From assembly GCF_006345805.1 (NCBI RefSeq), contig NC_043005.1:42470001-42534000 (forward strand): a stretch of DNA of 64,000 nucleotides, given 5' to 3'. This document shows positions 39,301 through 52,808 of this stretch, one piece after another. Each line of letters begins with the position of its first letter. Within the stretch, counting starts at the first letter, position 1. The translations under genes were made by a program, and so were the position numbers. This DNA is from Octopus sinensis (lineage: Eukaryota). Below the pieces are notes generated by a model. The model was not told where the DNA came from. It did no database searches and was given only the letters and a program-made list of their open reading frames with translations.

Positions 39301-39619
39301 TTCTACTGCAACTTAATATTTGCCAATAACAAAGAATTGCTATAGAAGAAGAGTTACTCTACTAACATATTCAATCTAAAACTCCAATATCAGCTTCACA
39401 GGTATTGATATCATTGTACAAATAGCTATTATTACATGCTGCACTTCATGAATGTTTTTTATATATCTTAACAGTAATTTTGACAGCTTGTAACACTAAT
39501 CTTTTAATAAAGCATGTTTCTTTTCTCTTTCTTTTTTTTTTTAAATATCTGCTTCTTAAGTTTGGTGCTGAGGCAGTTAGTCAGGTGGCCAAGTGCTCCA
39601 CTAATTAATTATTGCTGGA

Positions 39620-40390
39620 TGCTTCTGGTTAATCACTGCGTTTAATTAGTCCATCTCGTCACAACACACATCCAAGTTGATGGTACTGTCTGTGGGAAAA
39701 AACTCATAAAAGACAAAACCTTTCCAATTTCCCCAATTAGGAAGCATAACCTTTTTCTGGTAATGTATTTCTTTGGGTGTTATTTGCGGTGGCTCGCCAC
39801 ACTTCCCACAAGATCGTTTGCGCTTCTTGTTATTACAGACGATCCATTTTTTTCTCAACATTCTCTTCAAAAGAGGGTCGTTTTCTTTACACAGATGGAA
39901 ATCCCTTGGGCAAGGATAGCCTCAGTGGGACTAAAACATCGAGCTTGCTGCCATAACCAAGTTGACAGAGCATAAATTGCAACACTTGATTTGGATGTTT
40001 GGTGGACATATGCGATCATCCAGCTCGTAAAACGAAAATAGGTGTCGCTGTTAACCTCAGTTAGCCGGCAGAGTGAAGTGCATCTTGAACAGAAATTTCC
40101 TGACCGAATTCTTGAAAAGCATTTCTGGTACACATGTTCCGTAACAGTTTGCTCTTCGTACTACACATATCTTTCTGAAGGTTTCCACAGCTTTCTTGCC
40201 TTTAAAATAAACAGCATGGGTCGATAATGTTCGTTTTAGGTCTCCATTTGTAAGGTGTTCTCAACCTGTCTCGACACAAGTTCGAGTCAAACTACATTGA
40301 AGAGTCAAGTATCTAATGGGTGCACAGATTCAAGGTGCCAACTGAAGTTTAGTGTCGACTAAAACCGAATGAAGTTCTTGGCCAACCCAA
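39620..40390 (-). mobile_element. Mos1-like mariner 5' portion
   Basis: TIR TTGGGTTGGCCAAGAACTTCATTC at 40390 flanked by TA; KKVMLPNWGNWKGFVFYEFFP...TINLDVCC (ORF 39646-39870). Confidence 0.72.
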
Positions 40391-41897
40391 TAGTAATAGC
40401 TACGAAGGTGAAGACATGAAGACACTGTTATTTTGAGTCATTCTTAATTTCAGATGTCTCCTTCAGCTACCAAACTACAGGAGACAGTTGTTTCTCGGAT
40501 TCACAACGTGTTCAGCTCTATAACATTTACTGGTAGGTAGAAAGTATCTCTCCCCACCACATCTTTCCATCTCTCTCCCTCTCTCTCTCTCTCTCTCTTT
40601 CACGATTTCTACCCACAGCTTCTGATTCAAGAAGTTGTTTGGGCCAAAGATCATAGCAAACATGGGACCATATTCTCATAACTGCACTCAGTTCTTTGTT
40701 CTTAAAGATCGATTGGCAAAATAGTCTCCTTCTTTATCTTGCTTATCTCGGATAGTAAAAAAACCTGCTTTGATCATATTCAACCTCGTCCCCCATATTA
40801 CGTCTTTCCCTGTGGCCATCAACACAGCGCCGTCTAAAAGCATAGACACACTGAAGGACTTCACGTGTCTAATAAAGAGCCCAGTTCTAACTTTTGAACG
40901 TTGTGGTTTGCTGTCAATAAATAAATAATAAAGGGCTCAATACTTTTATTTTCCGTGGTCTTATAATGGTAGTACGACAGTTCTGCAGTAGACAAAAAGA
41001 AACATGAAATCTTGCCAAACCAAAAGTCTATATTAGCGATAAACGCTAGTTATTAATACCGCGAGGGAATGTTTATCACCACTTAATCGTGGATGTTCTG
41101 TTGGAACAAACTATACTGCAGTAGATACCACGAGAGAAACTCTCATATTGGCTTTTGGTGCAAATTGCACTCTTGCTAACATCTCTAGAACCTAATATTT
41201 CTCTGGAACCTAATATAATCCCATAAGAAGAAAAAGTAGATTGCAGTAGTTGTATATACATAGTTTTTCTCCGATCTAATTAAACTTAGGATAAAAGACG
41301 GTGGACCTGGAAAATTCCAGCCGCGCATATCTCGCCTTTCTTCCCATTTTACGGACAAATGCATCTCTTTAGATGGCAGGGTGTAATTTGGAGGAATTTA
41401 ACTGCTGTTTCTCGAAGCTGGTAGAATATACATCTATATGAGTGTAGACACATAAACACATATATGCACATGTACACACACACACACACACTCACTTGTG
41501 TGTATACATGTGTGTGTGTGTGTATGTGTATGCATTGAATTATTTGAGTATTTTTTTAGATAGTGTAAACGCATTTTGGTATTCAGTCATGTAAATATAT
41601 ATTTTGTTAATTTGTCAAACAGTTGTATTAATAATTCTAAAAGCTTTTCTCCCGTTATATTTACACATAGAATATGATCATAATCTTCAATACTCTTTAA
41701 CTATTCACATACTGAGAGAGACAATGCATTAACTCACTGCTCAAGTTGTGACATACAGAAGACAAAAGTTTTCTCATTTTTATTTGGTTTCCGTAAGAAA
41801 TATTGCTGGAATCAGCACTATTAAAATAGTCTTCAGTATATTTCTAACATTATTTGAATGATTCGAGATGCAGGATGAGTAAATATATATATATATA

Positions 41898-41941
<44 letters not shown>

Positions 41942-42559
41942 TACGTGAGTATGTGTTTATGTTTGTGTTTATAGGTACGCATATATACTCAGTTCTCTGT
42001 CTCCCTCCATCTCTCTTTATATGTATATATATATATATATAGATAGATAGATATACATATAGAGAGAGAAGAAAAAGAAAAAGAAGAAGAAGAACAACAA
42101 CAACAACAAAGAAAGGAAAGATAGATTTGATAGATAAACACATGTATATATGTGTGTGTATACATATGTTGCGTGTGTCTGTGTGTATACATATATAAGT
42201 ATTTACATGGTAGCAGCGATAATGAATGGGAAAAACAGTACTCAATGCTATGAAGAAGAGTATTTGTTTAATTTGGTCGAGAGAAGGCAAAGTTTAGCGA
42301 CGACACGAAATATCTCTACATGAAAATCACGAGCATTTTATGTCCATAAACACACAAATACACACTTAGACAAATATATCATTCTGGCATTTTATAATAT
42401 AAGAAACTAAAGACATAGTTTCATATTCTGTCTTATAGACTCAAGAGTATTTTGAAAAGTTCTGAAACAGTCATGCTAATAATTTTTAAAAGCATCTTTG
42501 TCGCTAATAGCCAGACATAGAACGTAATTAATTTACTCAGACTACTTCATCAATGCATA

Positions 42560-42870
42560 CATAGTTATGCAAATTCAAACAATTACATGTGAACGCATAC
42601 ACACACATGCATTCACGGATGTATATTGTCATACACCCATTATACAATCAGACTCATATCACTCAATTCATTGCAAGACAATTTCTTTTCCTAAACAGAC
42701 CCTGCTCTATTTAGCATTATCTCTTAATAAATCAAAGAAAAATATGCCATAACGTTCAAACGAAAGCTGAACACATTTCTTCAAGGTATACCAGAGACGC
42801 TATATGCACCTGGATACATCTCAGTCAACAACAACTCCCTACTCGAATGTGCTTGACTTAAAAATGACTT
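42560..42870 (+). pseudogene. CR1-like LINE ORF2 3' end
   Basis: DPALFSI...TFKRKLNTFLQGIPETLYAPGYISVNNNSLLECA*. Confidence 0.65.
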
Positions 42871-43254
42871 TACAGATCCTATGACGAACAATTAAGTTAG
42901 AGATGACCTCTTTCTGATGATATCTGAAAAGAAGCAACAATTTTAGCAAAACATTCAGCAACACTAATTAACAAATCAAACAACATAAAAAGAAACATGG
43001 TTTTGACGGATTGATAGGTATTTCAAAATTATGATACTATGATGCTAGGTGTTTCCATTATTTTGTCCAACCCTTATATATATGTATGTATATATAGTGA
43101 AGAACAAACAACAAAAACAATAACGCGAGGACGTGGTACAAGTACTGTATTATCAGACACCCAGGAAAGAAAAAAAATATATGTGTGTTTGTGTGTGTGT
43201 ATATATATATATATATATACATACATATGCATATATATATATAAATCATTAAAT

Positions 43255-43490
43255 CCTTTAAAATGTTTTAGCCCGGAGGCCACGGCCATGCTGGGGCACC
43301 ACCGCTGAATGAGCTACACTACTCTGATACGTGGCACTTGATCAACAAGGGAGTTCGACGCTGCTGCCCGCATCTGCGTCTCCTGTCGTGAGGTAGGTTC
43401 ATCTGGGACTCCCGACAAGAAGAGATCCAGTTTAGTTTTAAAGAAACCCACATCCACACCATGTATCTCTCAGGCATTTAGGGAGGATAT
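43255..43490 (-). mobile_element. CR1-like LINE 3' end with 3' UTR
   Basis: [57 protein letters not shown], then GGTGGTGCCCCAGCATGGCCGTGG. Confidence 0.8.
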
Positions 43491-43567
43491 ACATTCATAC
43501 ATATATTCATATACATATATATATATATGTATATAGATATATGCATATACATACATACATATATATA

Positions 43568-43671
<104 letters not shown>

Positions 43672-44539
43672 TGTATGTTTGTATGTATGTATATATCACG
43701 GAATAGTCCTTTTTCCATTAAACCGCATCATTATATGTTATACACTTACAAATTATCTATCGTAGAGCTGTTTAAGAACATGTACGCGTTAAGAAAACAC
43801 CGCATAATGTGTTTCTCTCCACACTCTCTCTCTCTCTCTCCGTCTCCCCTCACCTCTCTGTGTCTTTGTTGGGATTTCAATATCTTTAGCATGTATTTAC
43901 TTTCCGTAGACATCTTTTAAAATGTATCTTGTGGAATCAACAACTGGCGTGAATGTAAGTCATCTGTAATTACTTTATTTCAAAGCTTCACTGCAAATTG
44001 TAGGATGGCAGCGAATATTAACACTTGCTGCGTATTTCGTAGGCGCTATATTTTTTACAATTTATCACTCAGTTTTAAAGATACACCAGTAAAAATCAGA
44101 CAAAACTTTCCCCTTCATTCATTCTTCGCCAATTACGAAAAAAATATACCTTTCAAATTTTCTTTTACGTTTCTTTTCAGTTATCACCGGTTTTTCGTAA
44201 CGAGAGTCTGGGAGTACACGTTATTGACAATGACTAGAGAGGGCAGTAATGCATCGGGTTTTCTCAATAACTGCTGCTAGAATCATTATCGTCTCCTTCC
44301 GATAAATATTGTGATTTTTAAATACGGCACGCCCATATGACGAGTTATCTTTGAGCGAAAACCCCAGTAAATTTTCCTTTCAGAGATGCAATTACATTAA
44401 GTTTAAATAAGAGATGGCTATTTTAATTTTATAGTACTCTGTTGCATATAATGCATATGTATGTGTGTGTGTGTGTGCGTGTTTAAAATAAAAGAAGGAA
44501 CATGCACACAGTATACATAGTTTTAATATATCTTAAATG

Positions 44540-45430
44540 AAAAAGCACTGTGGTTGTCGACCGGTTTCACTTTCGCCAATCATGACATTGAAATTATTGT
44601 AAATTCGTATTTTCTTAAGAAGTTTTTGTTCATTATCTTGTATGAAAGTTTGTGAATGAAAATCTAAGGGGAGGTAATTGGTGATAGTTATTATTCGGGA
44701 TAGGGGAAGTAATTGCTCATTTTTGGGGTGAGATAAATAAACAACAAAAACTCGCGAGCTAAAGTAGTGAGATGAAATATATACAGTGATGGATATGTGA
44801 TCATGAATTGAAATATATACTGAGACCAAAGTTGGTTATGCGTTCATATTTAGGTGCGTTCAGTATTTTTCGATAAATTAATTTTCTTTATTTAAACTTT
44901 CTTGTACAGAAATTGTTTCTTTGCACTGGTAGACGGGGAAAACTGTGAAATTTGGTTGGAGATTCCCTGCACATCTCTTTGTGTTCACTCAAAGGTATCT
45001 GTCTATATCTTGGGAAACAGATCTGTTCTTTATGCAGTGTGGTTCTCCGTCTAAGTGACAATATTGTCTGTTCTATATAGTTGTGTCCACAACCTGAACA
45101 AGTTATAACATAAATTAAATTCTCTGACCACAAGTGAAGTTGGTCTTAATTGTAAATCTCACCTTGTTTGAATTGGAATTCCGAGCCTTCCAGTAGGTTG
45201 GGCTATATTCCACAGTTTGGATGTCCACATTTTTAACCATTGGTTTTGTGGTTGTTGTGTATGGTTTTACATTTGTCAGTAGTATTTTCAGCCATTTGGC
45301 TTGCTTTTTACATTGCATGAATTTATGTATTTTAAGAATGTAGTTCATTTCTGGATCCTTAGTGAGTATTGGTAGATTTTGTGCAATGGTGTTGTATGCC
45401 TCATTGTTTCTAGGGTTGTGGTTGTGGTTG
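44540..45430 (-). pseudogene. Penelope-like element 3' region with GIY-YIG endonuclease relic
   Basis: HNPRNNEAYNTIAQNLPILTKDP; KCGHPNCG; ENLIYVITCSGCGHNYIEQT..LRRRTTLHKEQI. Confidence 0.82.
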
Positions 45431-45741
45431 CATAATAAATAACTGGTCTAATGAAATTACTCCCCTCGAGTGAAGCGTGAGGAAATGACTCTAAATAAGA
45501 AAGAGGGATAATCTCAAGAATTTAAGAATTTTCCGTGAGTTATATACCATTAACAAAAGAACTTTCTGATTGGCTGGCGACATGGGGACATCTGCACATC
45601 TTTCTATTTCAAGAAGCGTCATCAGTACAGCGTTTTGTCCTAACTTGACTCCAATAAACAAGTTACTCAGACATGTACATAAACAAAAGAAAACATTTAT
45701 AGCATAGGAAAATATTTCGACATAGTTTAAACAAAAGTTAT

Positions 45742-45898
45742 GTATGGTCGTGTGGTGAGAAGTTTTCTCCTCAAGCTCATGATTTCGTGTTCACTTCCAC
45801 TTTATGGAATCTTAGACAAGTATCTATTATATCTCCGGGCCGACTAAAGCCTTGTCAGTGGATTTGGTAGACGGAAACTGAAAGTAGCCCGTCGTATG
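45742..45898 (+). mobile_element. SINE F1 head followed by (TATG)n
   Basis: GGGCCGACTAAAGCCTTG...GATTTGGTAGACGGAAACTGAAAG. Confidence 0.7.
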
Positions 45899-46028
45899 TA
45901 TGTACGTATGTATGTATGTATGTATGTATGTATGTATGTATGTATGTGTATATGTATGTATGTATGTATGTATGATGTATGTATATGTATGTACGTGTAT
46001 GTATGAATATATATGAACATATATAATA

Positions 46029-46077
<49 letters not shown>

Positions 46078-46477
46078 ATGTATGTATTTATGACTGTACC
46101 ATTTTATATATCTGCGGATACGTGTGTCTTTGAGTCTGTAATATCATGTATATATACTTTTACGTAAATCACAAATTGTTATTTTTGTACGATACAAGAA
46201 ACTGTTTATATTTCATTCAACGAAAGAGAAAGTTTGTATCTTATTTCCAGCATTTGTTTGTAAGGTGTGGCGTTCGACAAACACACTGCCTGTCATTTGA
46301 TTCAGTTGAAGATATATTTATAGATCTTCTGCAAATTACTTCTGTCTGTGGCTATTACATTATTCACATATGTAACGTCTGAAAGCTCCTGGAATATCCG
46401 AATGTACGATCTCCATTTGTCGCAAGAAAGAATTGAACCCGTTAATGACTTCCTCAGTTACCCCGACATGGATATCT

Positions 46478-46926
46478 TTTATCTTTCACTCATCCCAGCC
46501 TTTGGACTGCGGTGAAGCTGGGGCAACGCCATGTGGGGGTTTAGTCGAACAAATCCACTCTCAGGGCTAATGTTTTTAAGGCTTAGAACTTATTCTATCG
46601 ACCTCTTTTTATCAAACCGCTATGATCCGGAGACATAAACAGCTAAGACTGGACTGGTTGTCAAACGGTAGTGGAGGATAGACACAAGCACTGACCCCAA
46701 GGCACACACACACACACACACACATACTCACACGCACATACACACACACTTACATGTACGCATTCACATGACGGGATTCTTTCAGTTTCCATCTATCACA
46801 TCCACTCATAAGGCTTTGGCCAGCCCGGAGCTATAGTAGAGGATACTTACACAAGGTACCACACAGTGGGACTGAACATGGAACCATGTGGTTGGGAAGT
46901 AAATTTCTTACCACACAGCCACGCTT
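46478..46926 (-). mobile_element. SINE F1
   Basis: Head, body and tail on the minus strand. Confidence 0.8.
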
Positions 46927-47075
46927 AAATATATAATATAACCATAATTCTCATAGGTTACTTCACGTAAATATAATTCTTCTAGATTATTTCGATCTGG
47001 CGATCTCAAAATCAGACTGGAAAGGGAATGAGAATTTATGGCGATCAGTCATTTTTTTGTTATTATTGACGGTGT

Positions 47076-47310
47076 GTAAAGGCGATGAGCTGGCAGAATC
47101 GTTAACACGCCGGGCAAAATGCTTAGTGGTATTACGTCCAACAGGTGTGGGTGTTTTATGTGCCCGTGACTTAGCGGTTCAGAAAATGAAGACCGATAGT
47201 ATAAGTACCAAGCTTTAAAAAATATATAAGTCCTGGAGTCGATTTATTCGACTAAAAGTATTCTTCAAGGCAGTGTCCCAGCATGGCCGCTGTCTGATGA
47301 CTGAAATAAA
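47076..47310 (+). mobile_element. Chimeric SINE: F2 head joined to F1 3' half
   Basis: AAGGCGATGAGCTGGCAGAATCG... switches near 47140 to GACTTAGCGGTTC...CCAGCATGGCCGC. Confidence 0.7.
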
Positions 47311-47319
47311 ATTAAATAG

Positions 47320-47820
47320 ATGCGCCCTTTTAAAGCCTAGCCAGGCTCTTGGGCCCGGTTTCCCGGTTTCTATGGCGTATGTGTTACCCAGCTGGATGGG
47401 ACGCTAGTCCATCGCAGCGTTACTCATTTTTGCCAGCTGAGTGGACTGGAGCAACGTGAAATGAAGTGTTTTGCTCAAGAACACAACGCGTCACTCGGTC
47501 CAGGAGTCGAAACCACAATCTTACGATCATGGTGCTGACACCCTAACCACTAAGCCACGCGCCTCCACTAAATGCGCCCTTTTAAAGCCTAGCCAGGCTC
47601 ATGGGCCCGGTTTCCCGGTTTCTATGGTGTATGTGTTCCCCAGCTGGACGGGACGCCAGTCCATCGCAGCGTTACTCATTTTTGCCAGCTGAGTGGACCG
47701 GAGCAACATGAAATGAAGTGTTTTGCTCAAGAACACAACGCGTCCCCCGGTCCAGGAATCGAAACTACAATCTTACGATCATGGTGCTGACACTCGAACC
47801 ACTAAGCCACGTGCCTCCAC
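47320..47820 (-). mobile_element. Tandem dimer of SINE F5 inside the F1 tail
   Basis: Two highly similar 249-bp units (47320-47568 and 47571-47820); the F1 tail resumes at 47821. Confidence 0.9.
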
Positions 47821-48641
47821 TCTAATGACTAAAACAAGTAGAAGATAAAAGATAAAAAGATAATATGAGTGCTATTTGCGAATCCGCTCACGTTATATTT
47901 CTTTACGCTTTAGCAAGGTATTCTACAGTTTTATCGAAGAAAGGAGTAGTCCATATTGTGTCTACCTCATGTGAAGTAATTTCTGCGGCGGTGTCTTATG
48001 TCTGAAGGGAAGAAGAAAGAATAGCAACTAAAACGTATTTTAGGATTAGACTATAATATTTGTGTTAACTGGCTTCGAAATGAGGAAATCTGATATCGGT
48101 TTGGTTTCAATTAATCAGTAAAAGTGTTTAGATATAAATATGTGTAAATTAAATCAGCGTTGTGAGACGAGCTTATCGTTAATACGACTTCTTTGCTATA
48201 TTAATTTCATCTTCAATTTCAATGACTTTTATCAATTTAGGTTCACTTTCTTGTTTCACCGGAACCGTTATGTGTGAGTGTGGTTGTGATTATATTTTAG
48301 GTGATGCGTATGTAATGTGAGTCCGTGCGTACGTATATGAGCATGCGTCGTGAAGAATACTTAAGTAAATGTATTTGGCTTATTATGTGTTGAATATCTT
48401 GAATAGAGTATTGAGTTGTACTGTTACACTATGTCAAGGAATTAACAAGGTAAATGAGGGGTATAACATCCTGTTTGTGTGTTGCAATGTGTGTGTGTGT
48501 GTGTCTGTCTGTGTGTGTTTTGTGGTGTGTGTGAGCGTGTGTGTTATTGTAGAGAGAGGGACAGACGGACATATTTAACTGATAGACTTTGTTAATTAAT
48601 ATCCTTGTGTGAGTACTTTACTAGTATGTTACTCCATTATT

Positions 48642-48672
<31 letters not shown>

Positions 48673-48700
48673 GAGAGAGATAGAGAGTGAGAGAGAAAGT

Positions 48701-48885
<185 letters not shown>

Positions 48886-48894
48886 GTGAATACA

Positions 48895-49100
48895 CACAGC
48901 AGACAACTCCTTTACTCCCATCTATACAAGGGGAAAAGAAACCAGGGAATATTAGACTGAGATTCAAAGATACTGCTAAAGGTAACATGAAGCGGAAAGG
49001 AACTAATCATAATAAATGGCAAACTCAAGAGGAAGAACCGGCCTGTTTGGAGAAAGCTTATCAAGTCATGCGAGAGTCACGAACAGTCATAGCAAGGACG
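48895..49100 (+). pseudogene. RTE-like LINE 3' end
   Basis: [29 protein letters not shown]...NHNKWQT/NRPVWRKLIKSCES. Confidence 0.75.
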
Positions 49101-49286
49101 ACTCTGTGTGTGTGTATGTGTGCATATATATATATATGTGTGTGTGTGTGTATTGTTCGAGGACGTTGTTTACTGAATATATTTACTGTTCCACTAATGG
49201 CTATTGGCATTATTGGGCTAGTTTCGGGGGTGAAATATCATGTTCAAGACGTGACGTTGATTGTGAAGCCCAGTACCTGTTATCTA

Positions 49287-49679
49287 GTGGAGGCGCAATG
49301 GCCTAGTGGTTAGGGCAGCGGACTCGCGGTCATAGGATCGCGGTTTCGATTCCCAGACCGGGCATTGTGAGTGTTTATTGAGCGAAAACACCTAAAGCTT
49401 CACAAGGCTCCAGCAGGGGATGGTGGTGAACCCTGCTGTACTCTTTCACCACAACTTTCTCTCACTCTTTCTTCCTGTTTCTGTTGTACCTGTATTTCAA
49501 AGGGCCAGCCTTGTCACACTCTGTGTCACGCTGAATCTCCTCGAGAACTACGTTAAGGGTACACGTGTCTGTGGAATGCTCAGCCACTTGCATGTTAATT
49601 CCACGAGCAAGCTGTTCCGTTGATTCGGATCAACCGGAACCCTCGTCGTCGTAACCGACGGAGTGCAGAGAGTGCTTCC
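49287..49679 (+). mobile_element. SINE F3, full length
   Basis: 12-bp target duplication ACCTGTTATCTA. Confidence 0.93.
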
Positions 49680-49902
49680 ACCTGTTATCTACGTTGTTGT
49701 ATTATCTGAATGTCCTTTTTGAAATTATTTCTTTGTTGTAACAGAATTTTGTAGCTATAATTCGTCAGTATTTGTTTACTATTACGTTGTTAGTAGTAAC
49801 AAGCCTGTGGCATCCCGAGAATCGTTTGTATTTTTCAACACAAATAAAGAAATTATATCCACCAATGCGATGTTACGTACTCACTTTCGACATTTACGTA
49901 TA

Positions 49903-50410
49903 CCGTAAATCCTCGAGTATAATTCGCATTTTTTTCCAAACATGTAAAGGTCAAAATCCCTAGTGCGTACTATATACGAGATTAAAAATGAAAATTATTT
50001 TCTAAGCAATGTCCGAGTCTCTATTCGCTGTCCGGTAGTGTTTATTCAGACGCATTTTGTGATGTCGGGCGCGAAAATACCTTCAGCTAAGCCTGAAAGC
50101 AGTGAAGTCATAAAAGAATCATCCATAACTTGCAGCAAGCAACATTTATTTAACGTTATTACTGTTATTTCTTTATTTTCTGCAAAGTGCACAAAAAAAG
50201 CTACTCGTTTGCATTGTGTTATATATACAATAATAATAAAGGACGTTACCGTATACATTTTTCAAACCAAGGACGTTGTATAGACCTCCTTGACTCAAGT
50301 TAAAGAAGGGGTGCGCATTATACACAAGGTTTAGGTTTTTCAGAGGTACAGCCCCCTAAAAATCCCCTGCGTATTATACTCAAGGGCGGACTATACTCGA
50401 GGGTTTACGG
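49903..50410. mobile_element. Tc1/pogo (Tigger-like) MITE, 508 bp
   Basis: TIR CCGTAAA(T/C)CCTCGAGTATA; TA on both sides. Confidence 0.88.
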
Positions 50411-50663
50411 TATACAGACACGCGCACGCGCGTGCGCAGGCACAGAAAAGAAACATAGGCATGTGGAGGTGGGGAGAAACATAGGAAATATGAAACAGAA
50501 AAACATATATATATAGATATTTGAAATAAATGTGCTAGCATATTTTAAGGCTCCTAAAAATATATAAGAAGGATCTTAACTAGAGAAATGTTTGTGGTCT
50601 ACCTTGACTGAAACAATAATATGATTTTAAAACTCATTATAATTATATTAGTATTACAATTGT

Positions 50664-50997
50664 GACGGCGCATGGCTCAGTGGTTAGAGCGTCGAGCTTA
50701 CGATCGTGAGGTTGTGAGCTCGAATCCCGGACCGGGCTGCGTGTTGTGTTATTGTGCAAGACACTATTTCCCGTTGCTCCAGTTCACTCAGCTGCAGAAA
50801 TGAGTTGCGACGTCACTGGTGCCAAGCTGTATCGGCCTTTGCTTTTTCCTTGGATAACTCTGGTGGTGTGGAGAGGGGAGACCGGTATGCATGGGCGACT
50901 GCTGGTCTTCCATAAACAACCTTGCCCGGACTTGTACCTTGGAGGGTAACTTTATAGGTGCAATCACATGGTCTGTGTCGTGACCGAAGGGGGTCTC
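50664..50997 (+). mobile_element. SINE F4
   Basis: Homologous to 35391-35725 along its length. Confidence 0.9.
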
Positions 50998-51029
50998 AGA
51001 TACAGTTCTGAAAGAGAACATAAATTTTA

Positions 51030-51214
51030 TCGCCACATTTCTTGCATTTAGAGATGAGAAAGGAGTTTAGATGTTGACAATTGATAAAAATCCCATGTTT
51101 AGAATTTAGCAGATATTGTGGATTGTCGTGAAGGATCTCTCTTATTTCACTCAAGAATTTGTAGATTTTTAGAAGGGAGCATCCCGAATCATAACGAATG
51201 TTTGCAACTTTCAA
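51030..51214 (-). pseudogene. PLE GIY-YIG C-terminal fragment
   Basis: CSLL...LSEIREILHDNPQYLLNSKHGIFINCQHLNSFL resembles the PLE C-terminal C.LCL.EK...LLN.R.E....CRH block. Confidence 0.5.
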
Positions 51215-51720
51215 ATCGAAAATATATTCAATAACCGAGAGATACTATTGATCGTGGATGATATGTGCGTCTTTTCTAAGGAGCAGTCAACAAGCTCTGA
51301 AACAGTCGGTCAGAGACTCACTAATATTATGTATATTAATAACTTGTCTACACTTTATTGTGCAAAATATGTGTATGTGATTTGTGTGTGTGTGTGTGTG
51401 TGTGTTAGCGTGCGCGCGTTTGTGTGTGTAGATATACATTACAGTATAATAGAAAATAATACAATATTAAACACAAAAATATTATTTCTCACTTCTCAAC
51501 AGATGAGTCCGGTGAATATACAAAAGGTTATTGTCTGGTGCAAGTTTAATTAGTTATTTATTCCAGTGTCTACTAGTATAAAGTGTATTGTTCCTTGGTA
51601 TATTCAAATGTATTACTGCGCATATAATCTATTGTAACCATTTTGTCGTATTTTGGAGCATTCTCATGTTAAAATCTCTCTTAAATATCGGGAAGATACA
51701 GCTTTGTATGAAGTAGCTAA

Positions 51721-51831
<111 letters not shown>

Positions 51832-52808
51832 ATATGTGTTTACACAATCGCGGACACTATTTCAGTGTGTTTGTGTACAACTTTGTATGTGTACATGAGC
51901 TAACACGTGTGCGTGCGTGCGTCCGTGCGAGTGTATGTGTATGTGTATATGTGAATGATACTGTATACATTGTTGACTATGTATCCGTGGCTGTTTGTGC
52001 CTGAGCCTGCTTATGCCTCTCAGTATATGTCTGTCCTTTTATCTGGCTCTTGTCTGTGAGTCTATATTTGTAAATGTATATTCGTCTTTTTGTTTAATGT
52101 TATTACAAGTTTTATAAAGCTAAACCCCAAAAGCCATTAGCTAGCTCATTTCGTTGTCTCTAGAATAAACATCAAATTGTTTTAGACAATGATATATCTA
52201 TATATATACAAAATTAAGAGGAATGACCACTAAAGTGGACACCCTATATGCTAAACATAGACGTCAAATAGCCATTACCACGAAGAATGTGTTCTCAAGA
52301 AAAAAAATCTCAGCAAAACGCCAAATTGTAAAAATTAGTAAGACAAATGAAAACATACGAAATAAAAACGATTACCTAGGTACCATTGGTTTCACTTCAT
52401 AATATCTACGTATATAAACACTTAGAAATCTGCAAGATCATCAGCGTAGTCTGTCGCTTACAAAACACAATTTCCAGAACTAGATACAGAACGCCCAACC
52501 GTCTCTTTCAGGCTTTAGATTATCCTTTCGGTCATCTAAAGCCCGCAATAGACAGTTTTTTGTTAGAAAGCCTGCGGTACTTGAAACTGAATCAAACTGT
52601 TTAAAATAATTTACACACACATGCACACACACACACACACACACCACACACACACACACACACAGACGCTCACACACACACGCTCCCACACACACACATA
52701 TATATACATACATGCATACATACATACACACACGCACACACACACGCGCGCGCACACACACACACATATATATATATATATGTATATATATGCACACATG
52801 AATATATA

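Noticed and set aside
45590-45635. CTGATGA...GAAA on minus upstream of the GIY-YIG relic
   Set aside because: Stem II does not pair and the cleavage position would be G.
47966-48001. 36-nt minus-strand micro-exon candidate (HKTPPQKLLHM)
   Set aside because: Splice signals alone are expected by chance at this length; the flanking sequence may be a PLE relic.
49735-49775. CTGACGA motif on minus
   Set aside because: G12 is absent and stem II is unconvincing.
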